Shown piece by piece: positions 9,611-18,662 of a stretch of 64,000 nucleotides of DNA. The stretch comes from an uncultured delta proteobacterium (GTDB taxonomy: Bacteria; Myxococcota_A; Polyangia; Polyangiales; B10-G4). The position numbers were made by a program, and so were the translations under genes. The stretch is from the NCBI GenBank assembly GCA_963727445.1, contig CAVSGI010000009.1, forward strand, positions 832,001 to 896,000, given 5' to 3'. The stretch's first letter is position 1. Every line of letters starts with the position of its first letter. A model generated the notes under the pieces. The model was not told the DNA's origin, did no database searches, and worked only from the letters and a program-made list of their open reading frames with translations.

Positions 9611-11476
9611 TCAGATCAGCTCGGGAACGCAGACGCCGGCTTCGCAGAACTCGCCCCCCATGCACATGGTGTCGTCGCTGCACGGCTGGCGGTCGACGGT
9701 GGTGACCCATTGGCCGATGTGGTTGCCGCTGTCGATCTCCTGGAAGGGGAGCCAGAACATGGGCATCGCCATGTCTGCGCCGACGGGAGCGCTGGGATCG
9801 AAGGCGCCAACCCAGAGCTGCGCCTGGGTCCCGGCGGCCACGCGCAGGCCGTAGGCACGACGGCTCGACACGGTGAACCAGAAGAGCGGGTGGCTCTGGT
9901 GCATGTAGGTCGTCGGATCCCACTTGGGCCAGGAGTCGCCGTTCATCGAGGTCGAGCGATCGAGGCGCACCGGTGTTCCGCCGGCGATGGGCGCGATCCA
10001 CAGCTCGGCGTCGGGCGCATCGTAGCTGTTCTGGTTCGAGGGTGAGCGGTTGAAGAGCACGAAGCCGCCGTCGGGGGAGATGGTCGGGTAGTAGTTGTTC
10101 TGCCCGTCGAAGGCGACGACCTCCGGACCCGGCCCCCAGCTCGATCCATCGAAGATCATGGACTGGATGCTCGCGGCGTCGACGCCGGGCGCGCCGCAGA
10201 TGGTCCCGAAGCAGGGCGGCGTGGTCTGCGGCTTGGCGTAGACGAAGCGCGTCCCGTCGGGCGAGAAGTCGGGCATCGCGCCCCCAGTGACGATGGGATC
10301 GGTGATCGCCGCGCCGGTCGACGCGTCGCGGAGCACGATGTTCACTCCGTTGGAGGTGAGGATCTGGCTGTTGTCCGGCGAGAACGAGAAGAAGTTCGCC
10401 CCGCCGCCTCCGAACATCGATCCCTGCTGGTAGACGAGGGTCCGCGTGCCGGTCTCGAAGACCTTGTAGGGAGAGGGTGACGGGATGTCGAGGCCGACCG
10501 AGATGCGCGAGCCGTCGCGCGAGAGCACGTGGCAACCGACGCAGGTGCTGGCGCCGGCGCTACCAGCGTCGAGGTAGTTCTCCGCCGTCTGACCACGCCG
10601 CCCGAAGTCGTAGCGCTTGACGGCGCCGGCAGCGGCGTTCCAGTAGTAGAGGCCGCCGGTGACGTCCTCTTCGGCGAAGCCGATGGTCTGCTCCACGGAC
10701 GCGCCGACCGGCCCGCCCGAGCGGCTCGCGCCACGGATGCGGTAGCGCACCGGCGCCCGGCCGCGCTCGGACTCCGCGAGCGCCGTCCACACGTCCTCCT
10801 CGGGCAGGAACGCGCACCCGGCGCCGACCGCGGTGCAGCCGAAGTAGACCCGGAAGTCGCTCGCTTCGCCGATGAGCGAGAGCTCGAAGACCTCGTAGCC
10901 GGCGGGCATGAACTGCCATTCGAGCTCGTTCAGGTTCGGCGGCACCAGCACGCCGTCGATCGGGTAGACGATCTCGGGCGGCGTGCCGGTGTCGTCGGTG
11001 CCGGAGAAGAGAGACGCGTCGTCCATCGTCGCGCCGCTCCCGATGAAGATCCGCTCGAGGTGCACGGTCAGGTCGGTCGAGCCCATCGCGCCGCGCGCCA
11101 TCGCGAGCACGCGCGTGCGCCCGCCCTGGTCGGTGCCGGACTGGAACTGCGCCCCCGAAAAAGTGCCGAGCATCGTGTTCGTCACCCAGAACGATGCTTC
11201 CGCGGTCACGTCCTCCTCGGTGCCGTCGGGCTTCATGAGGTAGGCGTGGTAGTCGACCGTGGCCGGGACACCCATGCGGATCGACACCTCCGCGTTTTCG
11301 GGATCGAGCCGAAGCGTGCCGCCGCTGCTGCCGTCCGTGCCGCCATCGCCCCCGTCGCCGCCGATGCCGCCGTCGCCAGGATCTCTCTGGCGCGTGCATC
11401 CAGCCAGCACCACCAACGAGATCAACACGGCGCGCGCAAGCACCCCACGCGAGAAAACCGAGCTCCAATGACGCAT
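9611..11476 (-). CDS. TolB/PD40-like beta-propeller lipoprotein with a CxxCH motif
   Basis: LAGC lipobox, repeats FSPDNS/FSPDGT/ISPDGG/DSWPKW, CVGCH, Cys-rich C-terminus; start uncertain. Confidence 0.78.
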   Translation of the reverse strand: MRHWSSVFSRGVLARAVLISLVVLAGCTRQRDPGDGGIGGDGGDGGTDGSSGGTLRLDPENAEVSIRMGVPATVDYHAYLMKPDGTEEDVTAEASFWVTNTMLGTFSGAQFQSGTDQGGRTRVLAMARGAMGSTDLTVHLERIFIGSGATMDDASLFSGTDDTGTPPEIVYPIDGVLVPPNLNELEWQFMPAGYEVFELSLIGEASDFRVYFGCTAVGAGCAFLPEEDVWTALAESERGRAPVRYRIRGASRSGGPVGASVEQTIGFAEEDVTGGLYYWNAAAGAVKRYDFGRRGQTAENYLDAGSAGASTCVGCHVLSRDGSRISVGLDIPSPSPYKVFETGTRTLVYQQGSMFGGGGANFFSFSPDNSQILTSNGVNIVLRDASTGAAITDPIVTGGAMPDFSPDGTRFVYAKPQTTPPCFGTICGAPGVDAASIQSMIFDGSSWGPGPEVVAFDGQNNYYPTISPDGGFVLFNRSPSNQNSYDAPDAELWIAPIAGGTPVRLDRSTSMNGDSWPKWDPTTYMHQSHPLFWFTVSSRRAYGLRVAAGTQAQLWVGAFDPSAPVGADMAMPMFWLPFQEIDSGNHIGQWVTTVDRQPCSDDTMCMGGEFCEAGVCVPELI

Positions 11477-11509
11477 GCCACACCCCATGAACGAAAGAGC
11501 GGGGAGCAT

Positions 11510-11525
11510 AGCGCATCGCGTGCCT
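11510..11525 (-). promoter_or_regulatory. Possible sigma54 promoter
   Basis: Minus strand AGGCACGCGATGCGCT (GG-N10-GC, GGCACG) upstream of the propeller lipoprotein. Confidence 0.3.
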
Positions 11526-11551
11526 CGGCTCATGTGCCCTCCAGACCACCC

Positions 11552-12256
11552 TCACGGCACAGAACGAGAGACGTCTACCCGCAGATGTGAGGCCAGCTCG
11601 TCTCCGAGGCGCACCCGGTAGGCCGCCGACTGGGCGACGTCGGGATCGAGGTCCGCCATCCATCCGGCCACGTCGAGGCTCAGCGAAACGGCGAAGACGT
11701 CCTCTGCGGCGTCCAGGACTATGGGTGGATCGAGGGCGAGGCTCACGTCTCGGGTCGCTGAGCTGCTCAGCACAAAGCGCCTGTCCTCGCCATCGTCGAG
11801 GTACGTGACCTCGACGAGAAGAGCGAGCCCGTCCATGGGGTCGAGGCGCGGGTCGACCGCCCCGTTTTCATTGGGCGCGACGGTGACGCGCAAGCCGCAG
11901 TAGCTCGTCGCCGCTGGAGAGAGCAAGGCGAGGGGCACCGGCCCCGGCGCGAGCGCGTCGATGCGCTCGCTGCCGGTCCATGCGCGAGGCGTCGCGCCGT
12001 CATGCGCGCGCGCTGTTGAAGGCCCCAGCCATGAGACCGCGCTGGCGACAGTGCTCTCGCAGGGCAGGAGCTCGAGCTCCGTGAGGTTGATCTTCGCGCT
12101 CGCGGCACGTGGCGCGGTGCTCCCGGCGGCCACGGAGGAGGGAGAGCCGTCGAAGAAGAGCTCCACCAGCACGCCGGGCGATTCGCTGACGCAGCGCACG
12201 CTCACCGAGCAGACGAGGAGCAGGGCGCTGAGCCCGACCGACCGACGGCTAAACAT
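11552..12256 (-). CDS. Secreted hypothetical protein of the mbnPH cluster
   Basis: Signal peptide; overlaps the upstream gene by 8 nt; internal ARAHDG and YCG motifs. Confidence 0.7.
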   Translation of the reverse strand: MFSRRSVGLSALLLVCSVSVRCVSESPGVLVELFFDGSPSSVAAGSTAPRAASAKINLTELELLPCESTVASAVSWLGPSTARAHDGATPRAWTGSERIDALAPGPVPLALLSPAATSYCGLRVTVAPNENGAVDPRLDPMDGLALLVEVTYLDDGEDRRFVLSSSATRDVSLALDPPIVLDAAEDVFAVSLSLDVAGWMADLDPDVAQSAAYRVRLGDELASHLRVDVSRSVP

Positions 12257-13139
12257 CGATGGCTACCCCCGCGAGCGCCTGGACTCGCTCGCTCTGCTGG
12301 CCGCGGAGCGCGTCGATGACGGGCACCGTCACCGTCAGCCACAGAACGACGTCTTCGGCGGGGCTCGCGATCAGGCCGCCGCTCAGATACCCCACCACGC
12401 CACCGCTGTTCGGATCGTCGACGCCGGCGAGGGTGGTGCCCTCTTCGAAGCGAGCGCCCGCGCCCAGCCGGAACCCGAGGAACGTCCAGGGCTGGAGCTG
12501 CCCCACCAAGGTACTGCGCAGGTGCATCCCGACCTGGCTGTCGCCGCTCCCGCGGGTCGGCACGAAGACGAGCACCGAGCCGTGGAGGGACAGCGCGCCT
12601 TCGAAGAGGCTGCCCCCGACCGCGAAGGACGGATCCCAGGATCCCGTGCCGAGCTGGCGCTCGAGTGGAAGGGGGCCCGCGCCGCTCATCCGGATCGGCG
12701 CGGTGGGCAGCTCGAGGCCGACGTGGGCCCACACGAGCCGCGACGGAGCCCAGGTGCGATCGCGATAGAGGACGAAGCGCGCGCGGAGCGTGGTGTCGCC
12801 TGGACCGACCACGGATTCCCTCGAGAGGTTGGGTTGCGTCGTCTGTCTGAGGACGATCGGGACGCGAAGCCCGAGCGTCAGCCAGGGCACCGGCGCGTGG
12901 CTCAGAGCCACAGTGAGCCGTTCCTCGCGCGAGACGACCTCGTCCGCTCCGGGAGTGCCCGAGTGCGCTTCCAGGTGGCGGACCTGGGCCGACACGCGGG
13001 TCCGTCCGGCGTAGGGCTGCTCTACGCCCATCACGTTCAGCGTCGGATCGCCGACCGCACACGTCGCGCACGCAGCCGCACGCCGCGCCGTCAGGACGAC
13101 AGCGATGAAGACCAGGCCGGAGATGGCGAGCCTTCGCAT
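12249..13139 (-). CDS. Putative outer-membrane beta-barrel transporter with N-terminal CxxC
   Basis: Signal peptide then ACATCAVGDP; GPGD and LELPT..QLGTGSWD motifs (MetA-pathway/SphA-like barrels); alternating beta pattern. Confidence 0.7.
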   Translation of the reverse strand: MRRLAISGLVFIAVVLTARRAAACATCAVGDPTLNVMGVEQPYAGRTRVSAQVRHLEAHSGTPGADEVVSREERLTVALSHAPVPWLTLGLRVPIVLRQTTQPNLSRESVVGPGDTTLRARFVLYRDRTWAPSRLVWAHVGLELPTAPIRMSGAGPLPLERQLGTGSWDPSFAVGGSLFEGALSLHGSVLVFVPTRGSGDSQVGMHLRSTLVGQLQPWTFLGFRLGAGARFEEGTTLAGVDDPNSGGVVGYLSGGLIASPAEDVVLWLTVTVPVIDALRGQQSERVQALAGVAIDV

Positions 13140-13192
13140 CGGCCGAGGCTTAGTGGGACGTGCGAGAGCTGTACATGAGGCAAATCGTCGCT

Positions 13193-13207
13193 GCGACGAT
13201 ATGCCGC
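13193..13207. promoter_or_regulatory. RegA/RegR/PrrA-type binding box
   Basis: GCGAC-GATAT-GCCGC in the intergenic gap upstream of the barrel gene; fits GCGNC-N5-GNCGC. Confidence 0.65.
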
Positions 13208-13220
13208 ACCTGTCGAGAGG

Positions 13221-14468
13221 CTACGGGGCGGCTTCGAAGGGATCGGAGAAGCGCGGATCGGTCACGAACTCGTCGTCCGTGAGGCTGCGCAGGAACGCGA
13301 GCATGTCGGCCTTCTCGTCGTCGGCCATCACGAAGCCGTGGACGAAGATGCTCTTGTTCGGGTTGTCGCGTCCGTCCCCGACGTAGGGGCCATCCGTCAC
13401 GTTGCGGCCGCCGGCGGCGTAGGTGTCGAGCACCTCTTCGAGCGTGGCGATGCTCCCGTCGTGCATGTAGGGCGCGGTGAGCGCGATGTTGCGCAAGGTC
13501 GGAGGCTTGAACCGACCCATGTCCGCCGGATCGCCGGTCGACTCGTAGAGGCCGGTGTTCTCGGTGGGATAGGCGCCACGCCCATCGACGTTGTAGAGGC
13601 CCGTGTTGAAGAACACCGCCTCGTCGAAGACGATGCCCTCGTGGTCGACGGAGGACGAGAAGTTGAACGATCCGTGGCAGTGGAAGCAGTCGAAGGTCTC
13701 GCCGAAGAAGAGCTCGGCGCCGCGCAGGGCCGCTTCGCTCATCGCCGAAGTCTCACCGTCGCGCGTATAGCGATCGTAGGCGGAGTTGCCGCTGATCAGC
13801 GTGCGCTCGAAGGCGCCGATGGCGCGCACCACGTTGGCCACGGTGAAGGGATCCGCGTCGTCTGGGAACGCACGCGGGAAGAGGTCCTGGTACATGGTCT
13901 CGGCGCGCAGGCGCTCGAGCAGCAGGTCTTCCTTCCCCGCCAGGCCGAGCTCGATGATCGGCGATTCTCCGAACATCGGCAGGAGCGCCTGGTCCTCGAG
14001 CGTCCGCACCGTCGGATTCGCCCAGGTGAGCGTCGCCTGGTACGCGACGTTCGTCAGCGACATCGAGCTCCGCGGGTGAGTCATCCCCGTCGAGCCCAGG
14101 GCATGCGCCAGCCCGTCGGTGAACGCTTTGTCCTGCTGGTGGCACGAGGCGCACGAGTAGGTCTGGTTGTCCGAGAGCCGGGTGTCGTAGAAGAGGTAGC
14201 GGCCGAGCTCGACCTTCACGGCGCTCATGGGGTTGTCTTCCGGCACACGGGGAACGGGAAAGTCCGGCGGGAGGTCCCAGGTCCACTCCTCCATCCCGCC
14301 GTCACCGCCGCCGTCAGCGTCGCCCGCGTCGCCCGCGTCCCCCGCGTCGGCCATCCCATCAGGCGTGGCATCGGTGGTCGCGTCGGGCCCCATGGGCCCG
14401 TCGTCCCCGCATCCCGCGAAGAGCGAGGTGACGAGGGCGATGAACGCGAGTGCCACGGGGTGAGTCAC
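13221..14468 (-). CDS. mbnH: MbnH-family di-heme enzyme (MauG/CcP-like) lipoprotein
   Basis: CASCH and CFHCH heme motifs, PEDNPMS..KVELGRYLFYD, TLTWANP, PTLRNIALTAPYMHDGS; FAGC lipobox; next to mbnP. Confidence 0.9.
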   Translation of the reverse strand: MTHPVALAFIALVTSLFAGCGDDGPMGPDATTDATPDGMADAGDAGDAGDADGGGDGGMEEWTWDLPPDFPVPRVPEDNPMSAVKVELGRYLFYDTRLSDNQTYSCASCHQQDKAFTDGLAHALGSTGMTHPRSSMSLTNVAYQATLTWANPTVRTLEDQALLPMFGESPIIELGLAGKEDLLLERLRAETMYQDLFPRAFPDDADPFTVANVVRAIGAFERTLISGNSAYDRYTRDGETSAMSEAALRGAELFFGETFDCFHCHGSFNFSSSVDHEGIVFDEAVFFNTGLYNVDGRGAYPTENTGLYESTGDPADMGRFKPPTLRNIALTAPYMHDGSIATLEEVLDTYAAGGRNVTDGPYVGDGRDNPNKSIFVHGFVMADDEKADMLAFLRSLTDDEFVTDPRFSDPFEAAP

Positions 14469-14482
14469 GGACGATGAGGGGT

Positions 14483-15472
14483 CTACTCGAGGTGGAAGAA
14501 AGACTGCGCCGTCGAACCGGCGACGCCCGTCGCGTAGTCGAGGCCTAGCTTGGGAAAGACCGGAAGGCAATCGGTCTCGTCCGTGGGGAAGGACTGGCAG
14601 CCCGGAGGCGTGCCCATGGTGTTGGCGGTGAGGTCCGCGTCGGACACCAGCTCGGCGAGGTCCGCCACGATCACGCTGGTGTCGATGTCGAAGCCGTCGA
14701 GACTGACCTCCATGCGGTTCGGCCGCATGCACTCGGCGGTCGGAGGCTCGGTGGGCGCGCCGCTGGTGCACATGGTGCTGCCCAGGTGCATGTTGTAGCC
14801 GCCGCTGCCCACGACGAGATCGATGCGAAGAAATTTGTATCCGCCCTGCCAGTTCCAGAACATCGACGTGATGTTGAGCGGGGTCTCGGCGGTCGCGACG
14901 TCGACGTGGTTCAGCTCGAAGGGAACACCGACGACGAAACGAACGCCGGTGTACTCGCCCGGAGCGACGGTGCCGACGACCTCGCTGTTCAACGCGGAGT
15001 TGCCCGACATACACGCCGAGGTGCCGTCTTCGAAGTCGAGGAGCGACACGTCCGCGCTCTGGAACATACCGTCAGGCGTGAGCGCGACGGGAACCTCGTC
15101 GTCCGTGCTGGTCACGAGCCGCACGTCGGAGACGTAGAAGCGGAAGTCCCCGCCGGTGGCTTCCGCCGAGGTCGTGCCGAGCCCGCTGTAGGTCGTTCCG
15201 CAGCCGAAGTCCTCGCTTCCCACCCTCGCCGCGAACTGGAGCGTGACCGGCATGTCGGTGGAGGTGTCGGCTGCGGAGTCCGTGGCGCTGTCCATCGTGC
15301 CGCTGTCGCCCGTGCTGGTATCGCCGCTGCTGGAATCAGCGGGACCGGTGTCGGCGGCGCTGTCCATCACACCGCTATCGGTCGCGCCGCCATCCGTTGC
15401 GCCGTCGTCGCCACACGCGGTGGTGAAGACGAGAAGGAGCCCTGTCACCGAAGCCAAGCTTGTCGATCTCAT
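14483..15472 (-). CDS. mbnP: MbnP-family copper-binding lipoprotein
   Basis: DFRFYVSDV, LLDFEDG, GVPFELNH, MFWNWQGGYKFLRID (WxW), HLGSTMC..C..PNR; TACGDD lipobox. Confidence 0.9.
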   Translation of the reverse strand: MRSTSLASVTGLLLVFTTACGDDGATDGGATDSGVMDSAADTGPADSSSGDTSTGDSGTMDSATDSAADTSTDMPVTLQFAARVGSEDFGCGTTYSGLGTTSAEATGGDFRFYVSDVRLVTSTDDEVPVALTPDGMFQSADVSLLDFEDGTSACMSGNSALNSEVVGTVAPGEYTGVRFVVGVPFELNHVDVATAETPLNITSMFWNWQGGYKFLRIDLVVGSGGYNMHLGSTMCTSGAPTEPPTAECMRPNRMEVSLDGFDIDTSVIVADLAELVSDADLTANTMGTPPGCQSFPTDETDCLPVFPKLGLDYATGVAGSTAQSFFHLE

Positions 15473-15530
15473 GTCTCTCTCCGTTTCCCCGAACGAGCGA
15501 ATGCTAGTGCGAAACAGGCGGCCCGCGCCT

Positions 15531-15545
15531 GTGGTCAATTGTCGC
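15531..15545. promoter_or_regulatory. RegA/RegR/PrrA-type binding box
   Basis: Minus strand GCGAC-AATT-GACCAC (15 bp) in the gap between regA and mbnP. Confidence 0.6.
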
Positions 15546-15575
15546 ACCGAATCGAGGTCGGGCTCCAGCTGTCCC

Positions 15576-16124
15576 TCATCGCGGGGTGGGATGCTTCGCG
15601 AGCTTTCGCTGGAGCGAGCGGCGGTGGATGCCGAGGAGACGCGCCGCATGAGTGATGTTTCCATCGCATTCAGCGAGAACGCGGTTGATGTGCTCCCATT
15701 CGACGCGCGCCAGCGTCGGGACGCTCTCGGGACTCCGGGATTCTGCCGCGCCTTCGCCGTCTGCGCCCAGCTCGAACGCCGCGAGGATCTCCTCCACCGT
15801 GGCTGGCTTCGTCAGATAGTGGACCGCGCCGCGCCTGACGGCGTCGAGAGCCGTGGCGATCGAACCGAACCCGGTGAGGACCACCGTACGGGTGGTCGCG
15901 TCGATGGCGGCGAAATCCGCGACCACGTCGAGACCTGAGCCGCCCGGCATGCGCAGATCGACCAGGGCGAGCTCGGGGCTGTCCTGCTCGGCCGACATGC
16001 GCGCCTCTTCGCGACTGGCGGCGAGCCGCACGTCGTAGCCACGATCCTCCAGCGCGCGACCGAGGCGCGACCGAAACGTGCTGTCGTCGTCGACGATCAG
16101 GATGCTCGGATTCGCGTCGTTCAT
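15576..16124 (-). CDS. regA: RegA/PrrA/ActR-family response regulator
   Basis: Receiver domain ILIVDDD..VDLRMP..YLTKP; Fis HTH TLARVEWEHINRVL..GNITHAARLLGIHRRSLQRKL. Confidence 0.93.
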   Translation of the reverse strand: MNDANPSILIVDDDSTFRSRLGRALEDRGYDVRLAASREEARMSAEQDSPELALVDLRMPGGSGLDVVADFAAIDATTRTVVLTGFGSIATALDAVRRGAVHYLTKPATVEEILAAFELGADGEGAAESRSPESVPTLARVEWEHINRVLAECDGNITHAARLLGIHRRSLQRKLAKHPTPR

Positions 16125-17410
16125 CGCGGGATCTCCACGCTCGCCGTGGTTCCTCGGCCCGGCCCCGAGGTCAAGTCGAATCGGCCACCGAGCTCCTCGG
16201 TCACGATGCACGCCAGAAAGAGGCCGAGCCCCATTCCTTGACCTTCCGGTTTCGTCGAGAAGAAAGGCTCGAGCGCCCGTTCGCGGATCTCAGCGGTCAT
16301 TCCCGACCCCTGGTCGCGTACGGTGAAGAGCACGGCGTCCTCCGTGGCCTCGACTTCCAGGCGGACGCGTTCCTCCGCCCCTGACGCCTCGAACGCGTTG
16401 TCGACGAGGTTGCCGAGGGCCGAGATGAACGCTCGCTTGGGAACGAAAAGCTCCGGCAGCCCCGGGGAGACGCGTAGCGCGAGCCGCTGCTGCTGGTCGT
16501 CGGGGAGGCGCGCCCTGACCTCATCGACGAGCACCTGCGCGTCGACCGGCACCGGTGCCTCACCTCGCCCTTCGCCTCTCTTTCGGCCGAGTTGGTCGAG
16601 TATCGCGCGGCACCGCTCCACCTCGCCGAGGATCAGCTTCGCGTCGGAGGCGATCTCGCCACCCTCTGTGAGCTCCTCTGCGCGCCGCTGGAGCTCGCCC
16701 GCCACGATCGTGATCGTGTTCAGGGGTGTGGACATCTCGTGCGCGGCGCCGGCGGCGAGGGTCGTCAACGACGCGAGGCGCTCGCTGCGTGTCGCGCGGG
16801 CTCGGGCCTCGGCGAGCTCGCGGTCGCGGCTACCCAATGCAGCCGTCAGGCGTGTGCCCAGGTACGCCACGATGCCGGCGGTGATCGCAAAGGCGAGGAG
16901 CATTCCGTAGAGGTGCGTCGCGTAACCGTTCGAGGTGCCGTGGTGGCTCGTGTGATGCACGTGCCCGCCCATGGCGCTCGGCTCGGCGGGGGTGATCACG
17001 AAGAGCAGCCCGAAACACAGCACCGTCACCGCTGCCAGGCTCCACGCCCATCGGTTGCCGAGGACCACCGATGCCAGCGCGACGTAGACGAGGAACAGGA
17101 CGGTGAACGGGTTCTCTGGACCTCCGGAGAGCGCAAGACTGGCGGAGAGCGCCAAGGTGTCCACCAGGAGCAGGGCTCCGAGCCCCCGCGCTTCGCCTCT
17201 CAGGCGACGCCGCGCGACGACGAACACGAAGTTGGTCGCGACGACGTAGCCCGCGAACGCGAGCATGGGTACGATCTTCAGCCCTGGATCGATCAACAGC
17301 GTCACCGCAGCGATGAGGACGGCTCCGCCGATACCGAGTGCCCAACGCGCACGGACGAACCAGTCGAGGGCGATCGCTTCGGGGCTCGTCACGCGGGGAG
17401 TGTGGTCCAA
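16121..17410 (-). CDS. regB: RegB/PrrB/ActS-family sensor histidine kinase
   Basis: GGPENPF quinone-site motif, H-box AAHEMSTPL, redox Cys ERCR, HATPase N/G boxes; multi-TM N-terminus. Confidence 0.92.
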   Translation of the reverse strand: MDHTPRVTSPEAIALDWFVRARWALGIGGAVLIAAVTLLIDPGLKIVPMLAFAGYVVATNFVFVVARRRLRGEARGLGALLLVDTLALSASLALSGGPENPFTVLFLVYVALASVVLGNRWAWSLAAVTVLCFGLLFVITPAEPSAMGGHVHHTSHHGTSNGYATHLYGMLLAFAITAGIVAYLGTRLTAALGSRDRELAEARARATRSERLASLTTLAAGAAHEMSTPLNTITIVAGELQRRAEELTEGGEIASDAKLILGEVERCRAILDQLGRKRGEGRGEAPVPVDAQVLVDEVRARLPDDQQQRLALRVSPGLPELFVPKRAFISALGNLVDNAFEASGAEERVRLEVEATEDAVLFTVRDQGSGMTAEIRERALEPFFSTKPEGQGMGLGLFLACIVTEELGGRFDLTSGPGRGTTASVEIPR

Positions 17411-17449
17411 GTCGGGCGGTGTTCAAGCTCCGGTGCGGTGGAGGCGTTC

Positions 17450-18514
17450 TCACAGGCCTCGGGCGGGGTCGTGATCGAGAAATTGCAGCTCCAGGGAGCG
17501 CGGCCGCGGGGCTCGGTTCAGCCCGACCCGCGTACCATCGGCGCGGATGGCGGCGGACCACTTCACGAGGCCTCGAAAGTCCTCGAGGCAGCCCTCGAGC
17601 ACGATCTCCTCGCCGTCGTCGAAGCCCTCGGTCCCGAGCTGGAAGACGCGCTCGCCCGCGCGGACGTTCGTCACGCCGTAGGCGGAGCGGATGACGGTGG
17701 CGGGCTGGCGCCGCTCCAGATCGACGCCGCGATGACGTTGCGTCACGGGGATGGAGAGCTTCAGGTCCGCTCGCGCATCGCGGAGCAGGGCCGCGTTCAG
17801 CCACAGGGTGTCGTAGCCCGTGAGCGAGAGGAAGACGCGATCGAGTCGGTGGCTGTAGCGCGCCTCGACGTTCACGGCGCGGCTCACGACGTCGAAGGGT
17901 CGAGCGGACGCGCGGACGCTCTGTCCGTCGGGTCGGACCACCGTGATGGATGTGTCGCCCAGCGACGAGAACGGGTGCTCCTCGAGCTCGTCCTCACCGA
18001 GTCGGCGCGGCGGAGGCGGAGGGGTGATGCAGAGGGCCTGCCCCTTTCCGAGCGACAGGACCTCCGTCGTGTTTCCGAGCCGTGCCTCGAAGGCGATGAG
18101 CTCGTAGCCTCGTGCGGCGCGGAGGAAGCGGGCGGGCGCGACGTACCCGCTGTCGTCGTCCTCCCAATCCTCTTCATCGTCCTCCCCCGCCTTCCGTTCC
18201 TTCGCCAGCGCGTCGGCGTACGCCTGCCGGTCAGGCGTCATCCGCTCCTCGACGCAGAAGAGCAGGTCGCCCGAGCGAAACTTCCCGAAGCGCGACTCGT
18301 TCCGAAGACCGAGCGTGCCGAGAGATTCGTCGGCCTGGCGCCAGGCGTCGTAGTCGTGCAGCTGCACGCCCTCGGTCGGAGGGCTCGTCGGCTTGCCGTC
18401 GAGATCGAACCAGGTTTCGCCGCGCCCCGTCGGGAAGGCCGCGGCCTCGTAGGTGAACGCATGCGGCAGGCCGGCCGACGGGATTGACCCATGGTCGTTC
18501 GAATCAGTAGACAC
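17450..18514 (-). CDS. Hypothetical protein with an acidic stretch
   Basis: GGAAGG RBS before GTG; protein-like composition; fills the gap between regB and slyD. Confidence 0.65.
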   Translation of the reverse strand: MSTDSNDHGSIPSAGLPHAFTYEAAAFPTGRGETWFDLDGKPTSPPTEGVQLHDYDAWRQADESLGTLGLRNESRFGKFRSGDLLFCVEERMTPDRQAYADALAKERKAGEDDEEDWEDDDSGYVAPARFLRAARGYELIAFEARLGNTTEVLSLGKGQALCITPPPPPRRLGEDELEEHPFSSLGDTSITVVRPDGQSVRASARPFDVVSRAVNVEARYSHRLDRVFLSLTGYDTLWLNAALLRDARADLKLSIPVTQRHRGVDLERRQPATVIRSAYGVTNVRAGERVFQLGTEGFDDGEEIVLEGCLEDFRGLVKWSAAIRADGTRVGLNRAPRPRSLELQFLDHDPARGL

Positions 18515-18662
18515 GTTTCCTTCCGATCGCTGCATGGTACGCGGACGAGGATGCCGCCGCGATGGCTCGAGGCGGCGCATGGGGGGGGCTCGCACGGTTC
18601 GAAAGTCACGGAACGGTTCGTTTTGCTGGTGCGCTGGTCCCTCGGCTGCTACGGCGGGGGGC

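Noticed and set aside
13221..15472. Methanobactin biosynthetic cluster
   Set aside because: No mbnA/B/C precursor or modifying genes are visible; only the mbnPH pair is present
8610..15664. Long N-terminal extensions of the ORF-track calls (8610-10535, 13221-15014, 14483-15664)
   Set aside because: They overlap neighbouring real genes; signal peptides and RBSs define shorter starts
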